Below are positions 23,777 to 36,909 of a stretch of DNA of 64,000 nucleotides, piece by piece. Origin of the DNA: Octopus sinensis (Eukaryota); the NCBI RefSeq assembly GCF_006345805.1, contig NC_043026.1, positions 13,619,579 through 13,683,578 of the forward strand, in the 5' to 3' direction. Below the pieces are notes generated by a model, which saw only the letters and a list, made by a program, of their open reading frames with translations, did no database searches and was not told where the DNA came from. Both the position numbers and the translations under genes were made by a program. Within the stretch, counting starts at the first letter, position 1. Every line of letters begins with the position of its first letter.

Positions 23777-24160
23777 TGAGGTGCAATGGCCCAGTGGTTA
23801 GGGCAGCGGACTCGCGGTCATAGGATCGCGGTTTCGATTCCCAGACTGGGCGTTGTGAGTGTTTATTGAGCGAAAACACCTAAAAGCTCCACGAGGCTCC
23901 GGCAGGGGTTGGTGGTGATCCCTGCTGTACTCTTTCACCACTCTTTCTCTCAATCTTACTTCCTGTTTCTGTTGTACCTGTATTTCAAAGGGCTGGCCTT
24001 GTCGCTCTCTGTGTCACGCTGAATATCCCCGAGAACTACGTTAAGGGTACACGTGTCTGTGGAGTGCTCAGCCACTTACACGTTAATTTCACGAGCAGGC
24101 TGTTCCGTTGATTCGGATCAACCGGAACCCTCGTCGTCGTAACCGACGGAGTGCTTCCAT
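23777..24160 (+). mobile_element. tRNA-Arg-like SINE family C
   Basis: A/B boxes in the head; tail ...cgtcgtaaccgacggagtgcttcca. Confidence 0.85.
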
Positions 24161-24319
24161 CCACATACACACACAACAGTAACTTCCGCCTACCGAATTC
24201 AATGACAAAGCTTTGGTCTGCTCGGGGGCCATAGTGGAAGACACCTGGCCAAAGTTCCACGCAGTGGGACTGAACCCGAAACCATGTAGTTAGGAAGCTA
24301 GCTCCCTAATCACACACTA

Positions 24320-25515
24320 AATGCTAAACATTTACACTGGCCATATTTGGCCAAAAATATTCTACCCGTTTTGTTTTTGGACTGGTCAGATCCGACCTCT
24401 CACACCTACACTACAATGTCATTCTGAAAATAAACTATCACATCATTGAAATTGCAAAGTTATGAGATTAATGCATTATTAATTCAAAGCAATATAAATA
24501 AATAAGCATTACATTTGACAGGGTAATCTGAACGCTAAAGGGTTAAACTGGCCAGATCCAGCCCCTTGCACCTACCCTACAATGTCATTCTAAAAATATA
24601 CAATCACATCGCTGAAATCTCAAAGCTACAAGATAATGCATGATTAATTCAAAGCAATATAAATAAATAAGCATTACATTTGACAGGGTAATCTGAACGC
24701 TAAAGGGTTAAACTGGCCAGATCCAGCCCCTTGCACCTACCCTACAATGTCATTCTAAAAATATACAATCACATCGCTGAAATCTCAAAGCTACAAGATA
24801 ATTCATGATTAATTCAAAGCAATATAATAAATAAGCATTACATTTGACAGGGTAATCTGAACGCTAAAGGGTTAAACTGGCCAGATCCAGCCCCTTGCAC
24901 CTACCTACAATGTCATTCTAAAAATATACAATCACATCGCTGAAATCTCAAAGCTACAAGATAATTCATGATTAATTCAAAGCAATATAAATAAATAAGC
25001 ATTACATTTGACAGGGTAATCTGAACGCTAAAGGGTTAAACTGGCCAGATCCAGCCCCTTGCACCTACCCTACAATGTCATTCTAAAAATATACAATCAC
25101 ATCGCTGAAATCTCAAAGCTACAAGATAATTCATGATTAATTCAAAGCAATATAAATAAATAAGCATTACATTTGACAGGGTAATCTGAACGCTAAAGGG
25201 TTAAACTGGCCAGATCCAGCCCCTTGCACCTACCCTACAATGTCATTCTAAAAATATACAATCACATCGCTGAAATCTCAAAGCTACAAGATAATTCATG
25301 ATTAATTCAAAGCAATATAAATAAGAGTAATCTAAGTGCTAAAGGGTTAAACTGGCCAGATCTAGCCCCTTGCACCTACCCTACAATGTCATTCTAAAAA
25401 TAAACAATCACATCACTGAAATATCAGAGCTGCAAGATAAAGCAGGATTAATTCAAAACAATGTGAGTAAATAAGCATTACATTCGACAGGATAATCCGA
25501 ATGCTAAAGGGTTAA
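24320..25515. repeat. Tandem array (~7 units, ~165 bp) derived from the piggyBac-like MITE family 2
   Basis: ctaaagggttaa recurs at ~24540, 24705, 24869, 25033, 25198, 25344, 25509. Confidence 0.9.
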
Positions 25516-27109
25516 GACTTCCCTTAGCATTCAAGTGTTAAGTCACATCTAGCTTGGATTCCAGTGTTTTGGTAAGTGGCCCAGGCTGTGGCTCCATGTA
25601 AAAAAACCTGACTCAACTGTAGCATGGAGAAAAAAAATTCCTCTCAAGGTTGTCTGAAAGAGTTAATCTACATATTTTGTTTAGCATGCCATCAGTGGGA
25701 TGAAATTTCCAAGATCTGTTTAAAACTGCCCACAACATTCTGGTGTTAAGTTCCCTCCAGCCTGGATTTCAGTTCCAGATTTTTTTTTTTTTTGGTAAGC
25801 GTCCAGGCTGTTGTTCCTTTTAAAAGGACTCCTTCTATTGCTGCATGGAAAAGAATTCATCAGCAATATCCAGCAAAGTGCAAGAACCTTTCGCTTATGA
25901 TGGAAACAGCCGGGAGATCTCCATACGACTATTTCTTGGTGGGATGAAATCTCCAAGATATGTTTAACTCTTTAGCATTTAATCTGGCCATAACCAGCCC
26001 CAAATTTTCTTCCTGTTTTATGTTCAGTCTGGCCAGACTAGGCCTCTCACACCTTCCTAACAAGGTCATTATAAAAATAAGCAATCACATTATTCTTTTC
26101 TACTATAGGCACAAGGCCCGAAATTTTTGGGGAGGGGGGGCCTGTCGATTAGATTAACCCCAGTGCGTAACTGGTACTTAATTTATCAACCCCGAAAGGA
26201 TGACAGGCAAAATTGACCTTGGCGGAATTTGAACACACAATGTATCTCAAAGCTGCAAGACAATGCATGATTAATTCAAAGCAATATAAATAAATAAGCA
26301 TTACATTTGACCTGATAATCTGAACGATAAAGGGTTAGATTGGCCATATCCAGCCCCTTGCACCTACCCTACAATGTCATTCTAAACATAAGCAATCACA
26401 TCAATGAAATCTCAAAGCTACGAGATAATTCATGATTAATATAAATAAGAGTAATCTGAACGCTAAAGGGTTAAACTGGCCAGATCTAGCCTCTTGCACC
26501 TACCCTACAATGTCATTCTAAAAATAAACAATCACATCAATGAAATCTCAAAGCTGCAAGATAAAGCAGGATTAATCCAAAACAATGTCAATAAATAAGC
26601 ATTACAATTAACATGATAATCTGAATGCTAACGAGTTGACTAATAAAGACTAGATAAACACCGTTTATACAATGCAGTGAAAGCCTTGTATCCCTTCTAT
26701 AGCAGAACACCTGAGCTTAGCCTTTCATTAATTATACTTAAGCCTTTCAACACCTGGCCTAGAACCATTGCTCCTTCTTCCCCTTACTTTCAAACCTACC
26801 CATCCCCCTTATTTAGTTAAAGGGGCTTTTCTCTCTTTTTGTTTTTCCTCTTCTTGTTTTGCAAGTTACTTGTGTGTGTGTGTGTGTGTGTATGTATGTG
26901 TGTGTGTGTGTTTGTCCCCCTACCACCGCTTGACAACAAGTGTTGGTGTGTTTACATCCCTGTAACTTAGTGGTTCGGCAAAAGAAACTGATAGAATAGG
27001 TATCAGGTTTTAAATAAATATGTCCTGGGGTTTTGTTCAACTAAAACCCTTCAAGGTGGTGCCCCAGTATGGCTGCAGTCAAATGACTGAAATGAGTAAG
27101 AAAGAAAAA

Positions 27110-27202
27110 AAGGATATATGTATGTGTGTGTATATATATATATATGTGTATGTATATGTATGTATGTATATATATATATATATATATGTATATGTATGTA
27201 TG

Positions 27203-27235
<33 letters not shown>

Positions 27236-27300
27236 ATATATGTATATGTATGTATATATATGTATATGTATGTATATATATGTATGTATGTATGTATATG

Positions 27301-27334
<34 letters not shown>

Positions 27335-27335
27335 A
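27110..27335. repeat. Compound (TA)n/(TATG)n microsatellite
   Basis: Direct reading; it explains several spurious low-complexity ORFs. Confidence 0.95.
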
Positions 27336-27339
27336 ACAC

Positions 27340-27645
27340 GTGAAGGCACATGGCTTAGTGGTTAAGGTGTTGCACCAATGATTGCGAGATCACGGGTTCG
27401 ATTCCCAGACCGGGCATTGCATTGTGTTCTTGAGCAAAGCACTTCATTTCACGTAGCTTTGCGATCATTTCAGCATCTGACATGTGGCACCCAGTTGCAC
27501 CTGTACAGGTAATGTCGATTCGACAACAGAGAGAGTGAGCTTGTGTCTACACAATCATTTGATCATTATATAAACAAATCATCTGTGTGGTTGTTCGGTA
27601 AGAATTTGTCAAACCGTCATACGTCATCTAACGACGGGAGAGTCC
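27340..27645 (+). mobile_element. tRNA-derived CORE-like SINE (another family)
   Basis: ggcacatggcttagtggttaag...gggttcgattccc head, then gtgttcttgagcaaagcact core-like segment. Confidence 0.7.
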
Positions 27646-27663
27646 ATTATATAAACACACACT

Positions 27664-30320
27664 GCGAGCTGGCAGAAACGTTAGCACGCCGGGCGAAATG
27701 CGTAGCTGTATTTCGTCCGCCGTTACGTTCTGAGTTAAAATTCCTCCGAGGTCGACTTTGCCTTTCATCCTTTCGGGGTCGATTAAATAAGTACCAGTTA
27801 CGCACTGGGGTCGATATAATCGACTTAATCCGTGTATCTGTCCTTGTTTGTCCCCTCTGTGTTTAGCCCCTTGTGGGTAGTAAAGAAATCGGTATTTCGT
27901 CTGTCGCTGCGTTCTGAGTTCAAATTGCGCCGAGGTCGACTTTGCCTTTCATCCTTTCGGGGTCGTTTAATTAAGTACCAGTTACGCACTGGGGTCGATA
28001 TAATCGACTTAATCCGTGTATCTGTCCTTGTTTGTCCCCTCTGTGTTTAGCCCCTTGTGGGTAGTAAAGAAATCGGTATTTCTTCTGCCGCTACGTTCTG
28101 AGTTCAAATTCCGCCAAGGTCGACTTTGCCTTTCATCCTTTCGGGGTCGATTAAATAAGTACCAGTTACGCACTGGGGTCGATATAATCGACTTAATCCG
28201 TGTATCTGTCCTTGTTTGTCCCCTTGTGGGTAGTAAAGAAATCGGTATTTCTTCTGCCGCTACGTTCTGAGTTCAAATTCCGCTGAGGTCAACTTTGCCT
28301 TTCATCCTTTCAGGGTCGATTAAATAAGTACCAGTTACGCACTGGGGTGATATAATCGACTTAATCCGTGTGTCTGTCCTTGTTTGTCCCCCTCTGTGTT
28401 TAGCCCCTTGTGGGTAGTAAAGAGATAGGTATTTTGTCTGCCGCTACGTTCTGAGTTCAAATTCCGCCGAGGTCGACTTTGCCTTTCATCCTTTCGGGGT
28501 CAATTAAATAAGTACCAGTTATGCACTGGGGTCGATGCAATCGACTTAATCCATGTGTCTGTCCTTGTTTGTCCCCTCTGTGTTTAGCCCCTTGTGGGTA
28601 GTAAAGAAATCGGTATTTCTTCTGCCACTACATTCTGAGTTCAAATTCCGCCGAGGTCGACTTTGCCTTTCATCCTTTCGGGGTCAATTAAATAAGTACC
28701 AGTTATGCACTGGTCTCGATGTAATCGACTTAATCCCTTTGTCTGTCCTTGTTTAGCCCCTTGTGGGTAGTAAAGAAATAGGTTTTTTTGTCTGCCGCTA
28801 CATTCTGAGTTCAAATTCCGCCGAGGTCGACTTTGCCTTTCATCCTTTCAGGGTCGATTAATAAGTACCAGTTACACACTGGGGTCGATGTAATCGACTT
28901 AATCCCTTTGTCTGTCCTTGTTTAGCCCCTTGTGGGTAGTAAAGAATAGGTATTTTGTCTGCCGCTACATTCTGAGTTCAAATTCCGCCGAGGTCGACTT
29001 TGCCTTTCATCCTTTCAGGGTCGATTAAATAAGTAACAGTTACACACTGGGGTCAATGTAATCGACTAATCCCTTTGTCTGTCCTTGTTTAGCCCCTTGT
29101 GTGTAGTAAAGAAATAGGTATTTTGTCTCTGCCGCTACATTCTGAGTTCAAATTCCGCCGAGGTCGACTTTGCCTTTCATCCTTTCAGGGTCGATTAAAT
29201 AAGTACCAGTTACCACTGGGGTCGATGTAATCGACTTAATCCCTTTGTCTGTCCTTGTTTAGCCCCTTGTGTGTAGTAAAGAAATAGGTATTTTGTCTGC
29301 CGCTACATTCTGAGTTCAAATTCCGCCGAGGTCGACTTTGCCTTTCATCCTTTCAGGGTCGATTAAATAAGTACCAGTTACACCACTGGGGTCAATGTAA
29401 TCGACTTAATCCCTTTGTCTGTCCTTGTTTAGCCCCTTGGTGTAGTAAAGAAATAGGTATTTGTGTCTGCGCTACATTCTGAGTTCAAATTCCGCCGAGG
29501 TCGACTTTGCCTTTCATCCTTTCAGGGTCGATTAAATAAGTACCAGTTACACACTGGGGTCGATGTAATCGACTTAATCCCTTTGTCTGTCCTTGTTTAG
29601 CCCCTGTGTGTGTATGTAGTAAAGAAATAGGTATTTTGTCTGCCGCTACATTCTGAGTTCAAATTCCGCCGAGGTCGACTTTGCCTTTCATCCTTTCAGG
29701 GTCGATTAAATAAGTACCAGTTACACACTGGGGTCGATGTAATCGACTTAATCCCTTTTTCTGTCCTTGTTTAGCCCCTTGTGTGTAGTAAAGAAATAGG
29801 TATTTTGTCTGCCGCTACATTCTGAGTTCAAATTCCGCCGAGGTCGACTTTGCCTTTCATCCTTTCAGGGTCGATTAAATAAGTACCAGTTACACACTGG
29901 GGTCGATGTAATCGACTTAATCCCTTTGTCTGTCCTTGTTTAGCCCCTTGTGGGTAGTAAAGAAATAGGTATTTTGTCTGCCGCTACATTCTGAGTTCAA
30001 ATTCCGCCGAGGTCGACTTTGCCTTTCATCCTTTCAGGGTCGATTAAATAAGTACCAGTTACACACTGGGGTCGATGTAATCGACTTAATCCCTTTGTCT
30101 GTCCTTGTTTAGCCCCTTGTGGGTAGTAAAGAAATAGGTATTTTGTCTGCCACTACATTCTGAGTTCAAATTCCGCCGAGGTCGACTTTGCCTTTCATCC
30201 TTTCGGGGTCGATTAAATAAGTACCAGTTACACACTGGGGTCGATGCAATCGACTTAATCCGTGTGTCTGTCCTTGTTTGTCCCCTCTGTGTTTATCCCC
30301 TTGTGGGTAGTAAAGAAATA
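27664..30320 (+). mobile_element. SINE family B 15-mer tandem array bounded by a 15-bp TSD
   Basis: 15 ttctgagtt B-box units of 169-184 bp; tatataaacacacac at 27648-27662 and 30321-30335. Confidence 0.92.
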
Positions 30321-30548
30321 TATATAAACACACACATGCACATACGTGCGCTTGAAGAGTTTACGCAGGAGAGAACAAAGCGCATATGGCTAGCATTTGA
30401 TATTTTGATATTTCAACAGTATTATCACATAATTTACTTTGCTAACTTATACATACGTACATGTGGCTTTTGCATGAAGTATGTATGTGTTTGTGCATGT
30501 GAAGTGACTGTGTGTATGCAAGTATTTATGTGTTTGTGAGAATGTATA

Positions 30549-30927
30549 TCTCTTCTCTCTATATATAAACGGCAGTTTGTCTGTGTGCGTGTCTGTGTGT
30601 CTGTTAGGTTGTACCCTCACCCTGACCACGGCTTTCAACCGATTCTGATGAAACTTGACACACACATAGCCCAATGTCATAATTCAAAACTAACGCAGCG
30701 AAAATTTTGAAAAGTTCCCCCAGTTCTGAAAAAAAATCGATAAATTCGACATGGGGTCGAGAATCAGAAACACAAACCACAGACTGTCTAGGGGACGCAA
30801 CTCGACCTTTTTTAACTAAAAAAAAAATTTACCACAATTTTTTTGCTATTTTTTGGCTATAACTCTCTAAAAATGCTTTATAGTTATTTCCCTTACAAAC
30901 CTGAGCAACGCCGGGCGATACTGCTAG
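30549..30927 (+). mobile_element. Non-autonomous Helitron
   Basis: 5' TC, 3' hairpin-forming gagcaacgccgggcgatactg then CTAG, followed by T. Confidence 0.85.
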
Positions 30928-31170
30928 TATTATATAAAGGTGTGTGTGTGTGTATATATATATTTAGTATTCTTATACAAGAATGTTACTGATAGTAACT
31001 TTGAAGTTTTTGTCAGTTAAATCATTGTCGGCAACTTCGAAGTCACTGTCTACAACATCCTTGTATAATAATAATAAATTTGTACTCTACACAAGTGTAG
31101 AGTGACCCATGAAATTTGTGTAAAATTGTTTGTATTATAACTGAACATAAAAAACAAACATTGTGTTTGG

Positions 31171-31210
<40 letters not shown>

Positions 31211-31523
31211 CATCATCATCGTTTAGCATCCGTTTTCCATGCTAGCATGGGTTGGACGGTTCAACTGGGGTCTGTGAAGCCGGAAGGCTTCATCAAGCCT
31301 AGTCAGATCTGGCAGTGTTTCTACGGCTGGATGCCCTTCCTAACACCAATTGCATTATATATACATATATGTATGTATATATATACATATATGTATGTAT
31401 ATATATATTATACATATAGGGTAAAAAAATTATTAATTTATAATTAGTAAATTTCACCAAGTAGTTTTGGTATGGAAAGGAACCATATTCGGTAAAAACT
31501 TATACAAGAAGTTTTATATATAA

Positions 31524-31910
31524 CTAGCAGTATCGCCCGGCGTTGCTCGGGTTTGTAAAGCATTTTTAGAGAGTTATAGCCCAAAAATAGCAAAAGAATG
31601 CATTAAAAATGGAAAAAAAAAATTATGGTAAATTTTTTTTTTAAATCGTTGACTCATCGTAGACATTTTTATAGAATTACTTCCCTTATGTAATAGCGAA
31701 AAAAATGCATTAAAATGGAAAAAAATGATGGTAAATTATTTTTAAAATCGTAGACTCATCGTAGACGCGCACTAATACCCAGAAGTGCTCGATATGAATG
31801 ACGACTATAAGATACTCGGTTTTGGTTTAAACTGCACTGCAAAATGTGGGAGTAGTTAAGAATCTAAATCGTAGGAGACAGACACACAACCTTACTTTTA
31901 TATATAGAGA
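31524..31910 (-). mobile_element. Non-autonomous Helitron
   Basis: ctagcagtatcgcccggcgttgctcggg at the 3' end and tctctatatata at the 5' end, both on the minus strand. Confidence 0.85.
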
Positions 31911-32094
31911 TTATAACAATAATTAAAGGTTTAGCAACAAGTTGCTTAACCACATACCGAAATATTTAGAAATAGCAGCCAAAAGACCATTATTTCTTTT
32001 CGCAAAAAGAAATAACGGTCTTTTGGCTGCTATTTCTAAATTCTTCGGTATGTGGTTAAGCAACTTGTTGCTAAACCTTTAATTATTGTTATAA
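31911..32094. repeat. Near-perfect 184-bp palindrome
   Basis: ~90-bp arms with about 3 mismatches and a 3-4 nt loop (cgc). Confidence 0.95.
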
Positions 32095-32329
32095 TTATAT
32101 AATATATATATATATAATTATATATATATAATTACATAGGCGCAGGAGTGGCTGTGTGGTAAGTAGCTTGCTTACCAACCACATGGTTCCGGGTTCAGTC
32201 CCACTGCATGGCACCTTGGGCAAGTGTCTTCTACTATAGCCTCAGGCCAACCAAAGCCTTGTGAGTGGATTTGGTAGACGGAAACTGAAAGAAGCCCGTC
32301 TTATATATGTATATATATATATATATATA

Positions 32330-32887
32330 TATGTTTGTGTTTGTCCCCCTAGCATTGCTTGACAACCGATGCTGGTGTGTTTATGTCCCCGTTACTTAAC
32401 GGTTCGGCAAAAGAGACCGATAGAATAAGTACTGGGCTTACAAAAGAATAAGTCCTGGGGTCGAGTTGCTCGATTAAAGGCGGTGCTCCAGCATGGCCGC
32501 AGTCAAATGACTGAAACAAAGTAAAAGAGTAAGAGTATATATATACACGCACACACATATTCACACATACATACGTACATGTGCATACATATTTATATGC
32601 ACACGTATAATGCACAACAGACAAAATGAGTTGAGTTTTTTTTTTGTTTTTTGTTGTTTTGGTGGGTGAGAGCACGTGGGCTGGGGTGGAGCATTTTTCT
32701 TTTTCTTTTTTTTTTGCTGTTACAAACTGATATTTTTATATATGTATGTATATAATTTTCTGTTTTATTTTATATTTTCCTTTCTTTTTCACTGAATTTG
32801 TTATTTCTCAGAAGGGAAGAAAATTTGTTTTCGTTGTAGATTTTTTTTTTTCATCTGTTCCCCTTTATATAATCTATATATAATGTA

Positions 32888-32921
<34 letters not shown>

Positions 32922-33380
32922 GATTTAATTGAAGAAATGAGAATGCAAATCGACGTAACATTTCCATCATGAAACATTGTTTATTCCATTCCACAGCCTG
33001 GTGCAACCATCTCGTTCGCCAGCCCTCAGTCAAAATCGTCCAACCCATGCTAGCATGGAAAGCAGACGCTAAACGATGATGATGATGATATAAAGTTTTT
33101 ATATCTATATTATATTGTGTGGAATTTGATTTAGTATTTCTAAATTGAATTTTTTATCCTTGTAAGTTTGGATTTTATTCCCTCAAATAATAATTATATA
33201 TATATATAGGCGCAAGAGTGGCTGTGTGGTAAGTAGCTTGCTAAACAACCACATGGTTCCGGGTTCAGTCCCGCTGTGTGGCATCTTGGGCAAGTGCCTT
33301 CTGCTATAGCCCCGGGCCGACCAATGCCTTGTGAGTGGATTTGGTAGACGGAAACTGAAAGAAGCCTGTCGTATGTATGT

Positions 33381-33422
<42 letters not shown>

Positions 33423-33967
33423 TGTGTTTGTCCCCCTAGCATTGCTTGACAACCGATGCTGGTGTGTTTATGTCCCCGTTACTTAACGGTTCGGCAAAAG
33501 AGACCGATAGAATAAGTACTGGGCTTACAAAGAATAAGTCCTGGGGTCGAGTTGCTCGATTAAAGGCGGTGCTCCAGCATGGCCGCAGTCAAATGACTGA
33601 AACAAAGTAAAAGAGTAAAGAGTATATATATACACGCACACACATATTCACACATACATACGTACATGTGCATACATATTTATATGCACACGTATAATGT
33701 ACAACAGACAAAATGAGTTTTTTTTTTTGTTTTTTGTTGTTTTGGTGGGTGAGAGCACGTGGGCTGGGGTGGAGCATTTTTCTTTTTCTTTTTTTTTTGC
33801 TGTTACAAACTGATATTTTTATATATGTATGCATATAATTTTCTGTTTTATTTTATATTTTCCTTTCTTTTTCACTGAATTTGTTATTTCTCAGAAGGGA
33901 AGAAAATTTGTTTTCGTTGTAGATTTTTTTTTTTCATCTGTTCCCCTTTATATAATCTATATATAAT

Positions 33968-34008
<41 letters not shown>

Positions 34009-34490
34009 GATTTAATTGAAGAAATGAGAATGCAAATCGACGTAACATTTCCATCATGAAACATTGTTTATTCCATTCCACAGCCTGGTGCAACCATCTC
34101 GTTCGCCAGCCCTCAGTCAAAATCGTCCAACCCATGCTAGCATGGAAAGCAGACGCTAAACGATGATGATGATGATATAAAGTTTTTATATCTATATTAT
34201 ATTGTGTGGAATTTGATTTAGTATTTCTAAATTGAATTTTTTATCCTTGTAAGTTTGGATTTTATTCCCTCAAATAATAATTATATATATATATAGGCGC
34301 AAGAGTGGCTGTGTGGTAAGTAGCTTGCTAAACAACCACATGGTTCCGGGTTCAGTCCCGCTGTGTGGCATCTTGGGCAAGTGCCTTCTGCTATAGCCCC
34401 GGGCCGACCAATGCCTTGTGAGTGGATTTGGTAGACGGAAACTGAAAGAAGCCTGTCGTATGTATGTATATATATATATATGTATGTGTG
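32330..34490 (+). repeat. Two-copy 1087-bp tandem duplication bounded by SINE A copies (32136, 33207, 34294)
   Basis: Duplicate ORFs offset by 1087 nt (33183/34270; 33048/34135). Confidence 0.92.
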
Positions 34491-34989
34491 TGTGTTTGTC
34501 CCCCCTAGCATTGCTTGACAACCGATGCTGGTGTGTTTACGTCCCCGTTACTTAGCGGTTCGGCAAAAGAGACCGATAGAATAAGTACTGGGCTTACAAA
34601 GAATAAGTCCCGGGGTCGATTTGCTCGACCAAAGGCGGTGCTCCAGTATGGCCGCAGTCAAATGACTGAAACAAGTACAAGAGTAAATATATCATCAGTG
34701 GATCATATATCTGAAAAAGAAGCACACTCAAAACATGAGAGCAGTAATGTGTTTATAGGAAGTTATATATATAAGGCTAGTCATAGAGTGGCCAAAGGTT
34801 TTGCATCGATGAAGCACTTAGCCTTATAGATGCCTGCAGGTCAGATGTCCACTGCCATGGAAGTCTGTTGAACCGTCTATAAGGCTAAGCACTTTACGGA
34901 TGTGAAACCATTGGTCGCTTTATGACTGCCATATAATTAACTTCCTATACATGTGTGTGTGTGTATGTATATATGTGTGTGTGTGTACT

Positions 34990-35315
34990 GTTATTAATGA
35001 GGTGGCACGTAAAAGCACAATCCGTTCGTGTTCGTTGCCAGCCTCGCCTGGACCCCGTGCCGGTGGCACGTAAAAGCACCATCCGTTCGTGGCCGTTTGC
35101 CAGCTCCGTCTGGCACCTGTGCGGGTGGCACGTAAAAAGCACCCACTACACTCACGGAGTGGTTGGCGTTAGGAAGGGCATCCTGCCGTAGAAACACCGC
35201 CAGATCAGACTGGGCCTGATGCAGCCTTCTGGCTTCCCAGACCCCAGTTGAACCGTCCAACCCATGCTAGCATGGAGAACGGACGCTAAATGGTGATGAT
35301 GATGATGATGATGTG
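34990..35315 (+). mobile_element. (GAT)n-tailed retroposon copy
   Basis: Family match with internal ggtggcacgtaaaagcac subrepeats. Confidence 0.8.
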
Positions 35316-35849
35316 ATGAGGGTTTGTCAATCCATGCAATCTGTTAACAGGAGTACCCCAGGCTAACAAAATGTTTTCATATAAGTAAAGAGGTCCATGT
35401 AAACCTGTGGCAGGGTCTAAGATTGTAGTCCAATACCGGTCAGTTTTGTAAATCCATAGCTGAATTCCCAGCTAAATTGGGGTTAAGTGATATACAAGAA
35501 AGAGCGTAAATAATGAGCTTTATATATTCCTTTATTTGTGCAACTAACAGCTGTTTCTGATATAGGTGCGTTCTTAGATCTCTTTACTCAATCCTTTGAT
35601 CAATTGACTGATTGAGTATACAGAACTATGAACGCACCTGTAATGCTTATCAGAAACAGTTGTAAGTAAAAAAATTGAACAAATAAAAAAAAAACATATG
35701 TAAGACCCCTTATTTATGCCTTTTCTTGCATGTGTGTGTGTGTGTGGATAGATAAATGTATAAGTTGGGGTTTCAAATCTGGATATCTGAAGAAGTGTTT
35801 GAACTATAATGTTAATACACATGTTGCGTGTACTGCATATAGAATAAGC

Positions 35850-36268
35850 AACTCTTACTCTCTCTTTTACTCTTTTACTTGTTTCAGTCATTTGACTGCG
35901 GCCATGCTGGAGCATCGCCTTTAGTCGAGCAAATCGACCCCGGGACTTATTCTTTGTAAGCCCAGTACTTATTCTATCGGTCTCTTTTGCCGAACCGCTA
36001 AGTGACGGGGACCTAACACACCACAGCATCGGTTGTCAAGCAATGCTAGGGGGACAACACAGACACACAAACATACACACACACATATATATATATACAT
36101 ATATACGACAGGCTTCTTTCAGTTTCCGTCTACCAAATCCACTCACAAGGCTTTGGTCGGCCCGAGGCTATAGCAGAAGACACTTGCCCCAGATGCCACG
36201 CAGTGGGACTGAACCCGGAACCATGTGGTTGGTTAGCAAGCTACTTACCACGCAGCCGCTCCTGCGCA
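35850..36268 (-). mobile_element. SINE family A copy
   Basis: Family match. Confidence 0.85.
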
Positions 36269-36498
36269 ACGTTCATTTATGGAAACATTCATAAGCTTGA
36301 TTTGACTTCTCTTTTTCTCGATTAGATTAATTATTATCCACTTTGTGAGGGCCATACCATGGATTCACAAAGTGCTCCTTTTTAACATCAGTTGAAGTGT
36401 AACTGATTTTCTTTCAGTTATTGGAATGCTACTCTAGCCAGGTTCCTACATGAAATCCTACATGAGGTGATCGCTTGGATTATAATTATCCCCGCATT

Positions 36499-36546
<48 letters not shown>

Positions 36547-36909
36547 ACATGTATGTATGCATACACACACATGCACACATATATAAATTACTATACATAT
36601 TATGCATTTATGAATGAACAATAAAGCTATTCTCAGAAAAAAAAGCACAATGATTTCGTTGTTTTTGAATATACAAAGATAGACCAATGTCTTCAGCTCT
36701 TTTTTTGTACCATCCAAAGAAAAGGTGAGGTGATTCTTTTACTTGTTTCAGTCATTTGACCTGTAGCCATGCTGGAGCACCACTTTTAGTCAAGCAAATC
36801 AACCCCAGGACTTATTCTTTCTAAGCCTAATACTTATTCTATCAGTCTCGTTTGCTGGATTGCTAAGTTATGAACACAAACCACACCAACATTGGTTGTT
36901 AAGAGAAGG

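Noticed and set aside
23777-23850. tRNA-like sequences here and at ~14130, 19120, 27345, 52345, 56497, 61390
   Set aside because: They lack a proper acceptor stem and terminator and continue into shared SINE bodies, so they are SINE heads, not tRNA genes.
25570-25700. Possible H/ACA snoRNA in the diverged duplicate
   Set aside because: Only one modest hairpin; the H and ACA boxes are not conserved in the second copy.
34803-34814. gcatcgatgaag resembles the 5.8S rRNA motif; a nearby GAAACCAUUGGUC resembles a hammerhead 3' half
   Set aside because: The match stops at 12 nt, and both strings are simply parts of the arms of the long hairpin.
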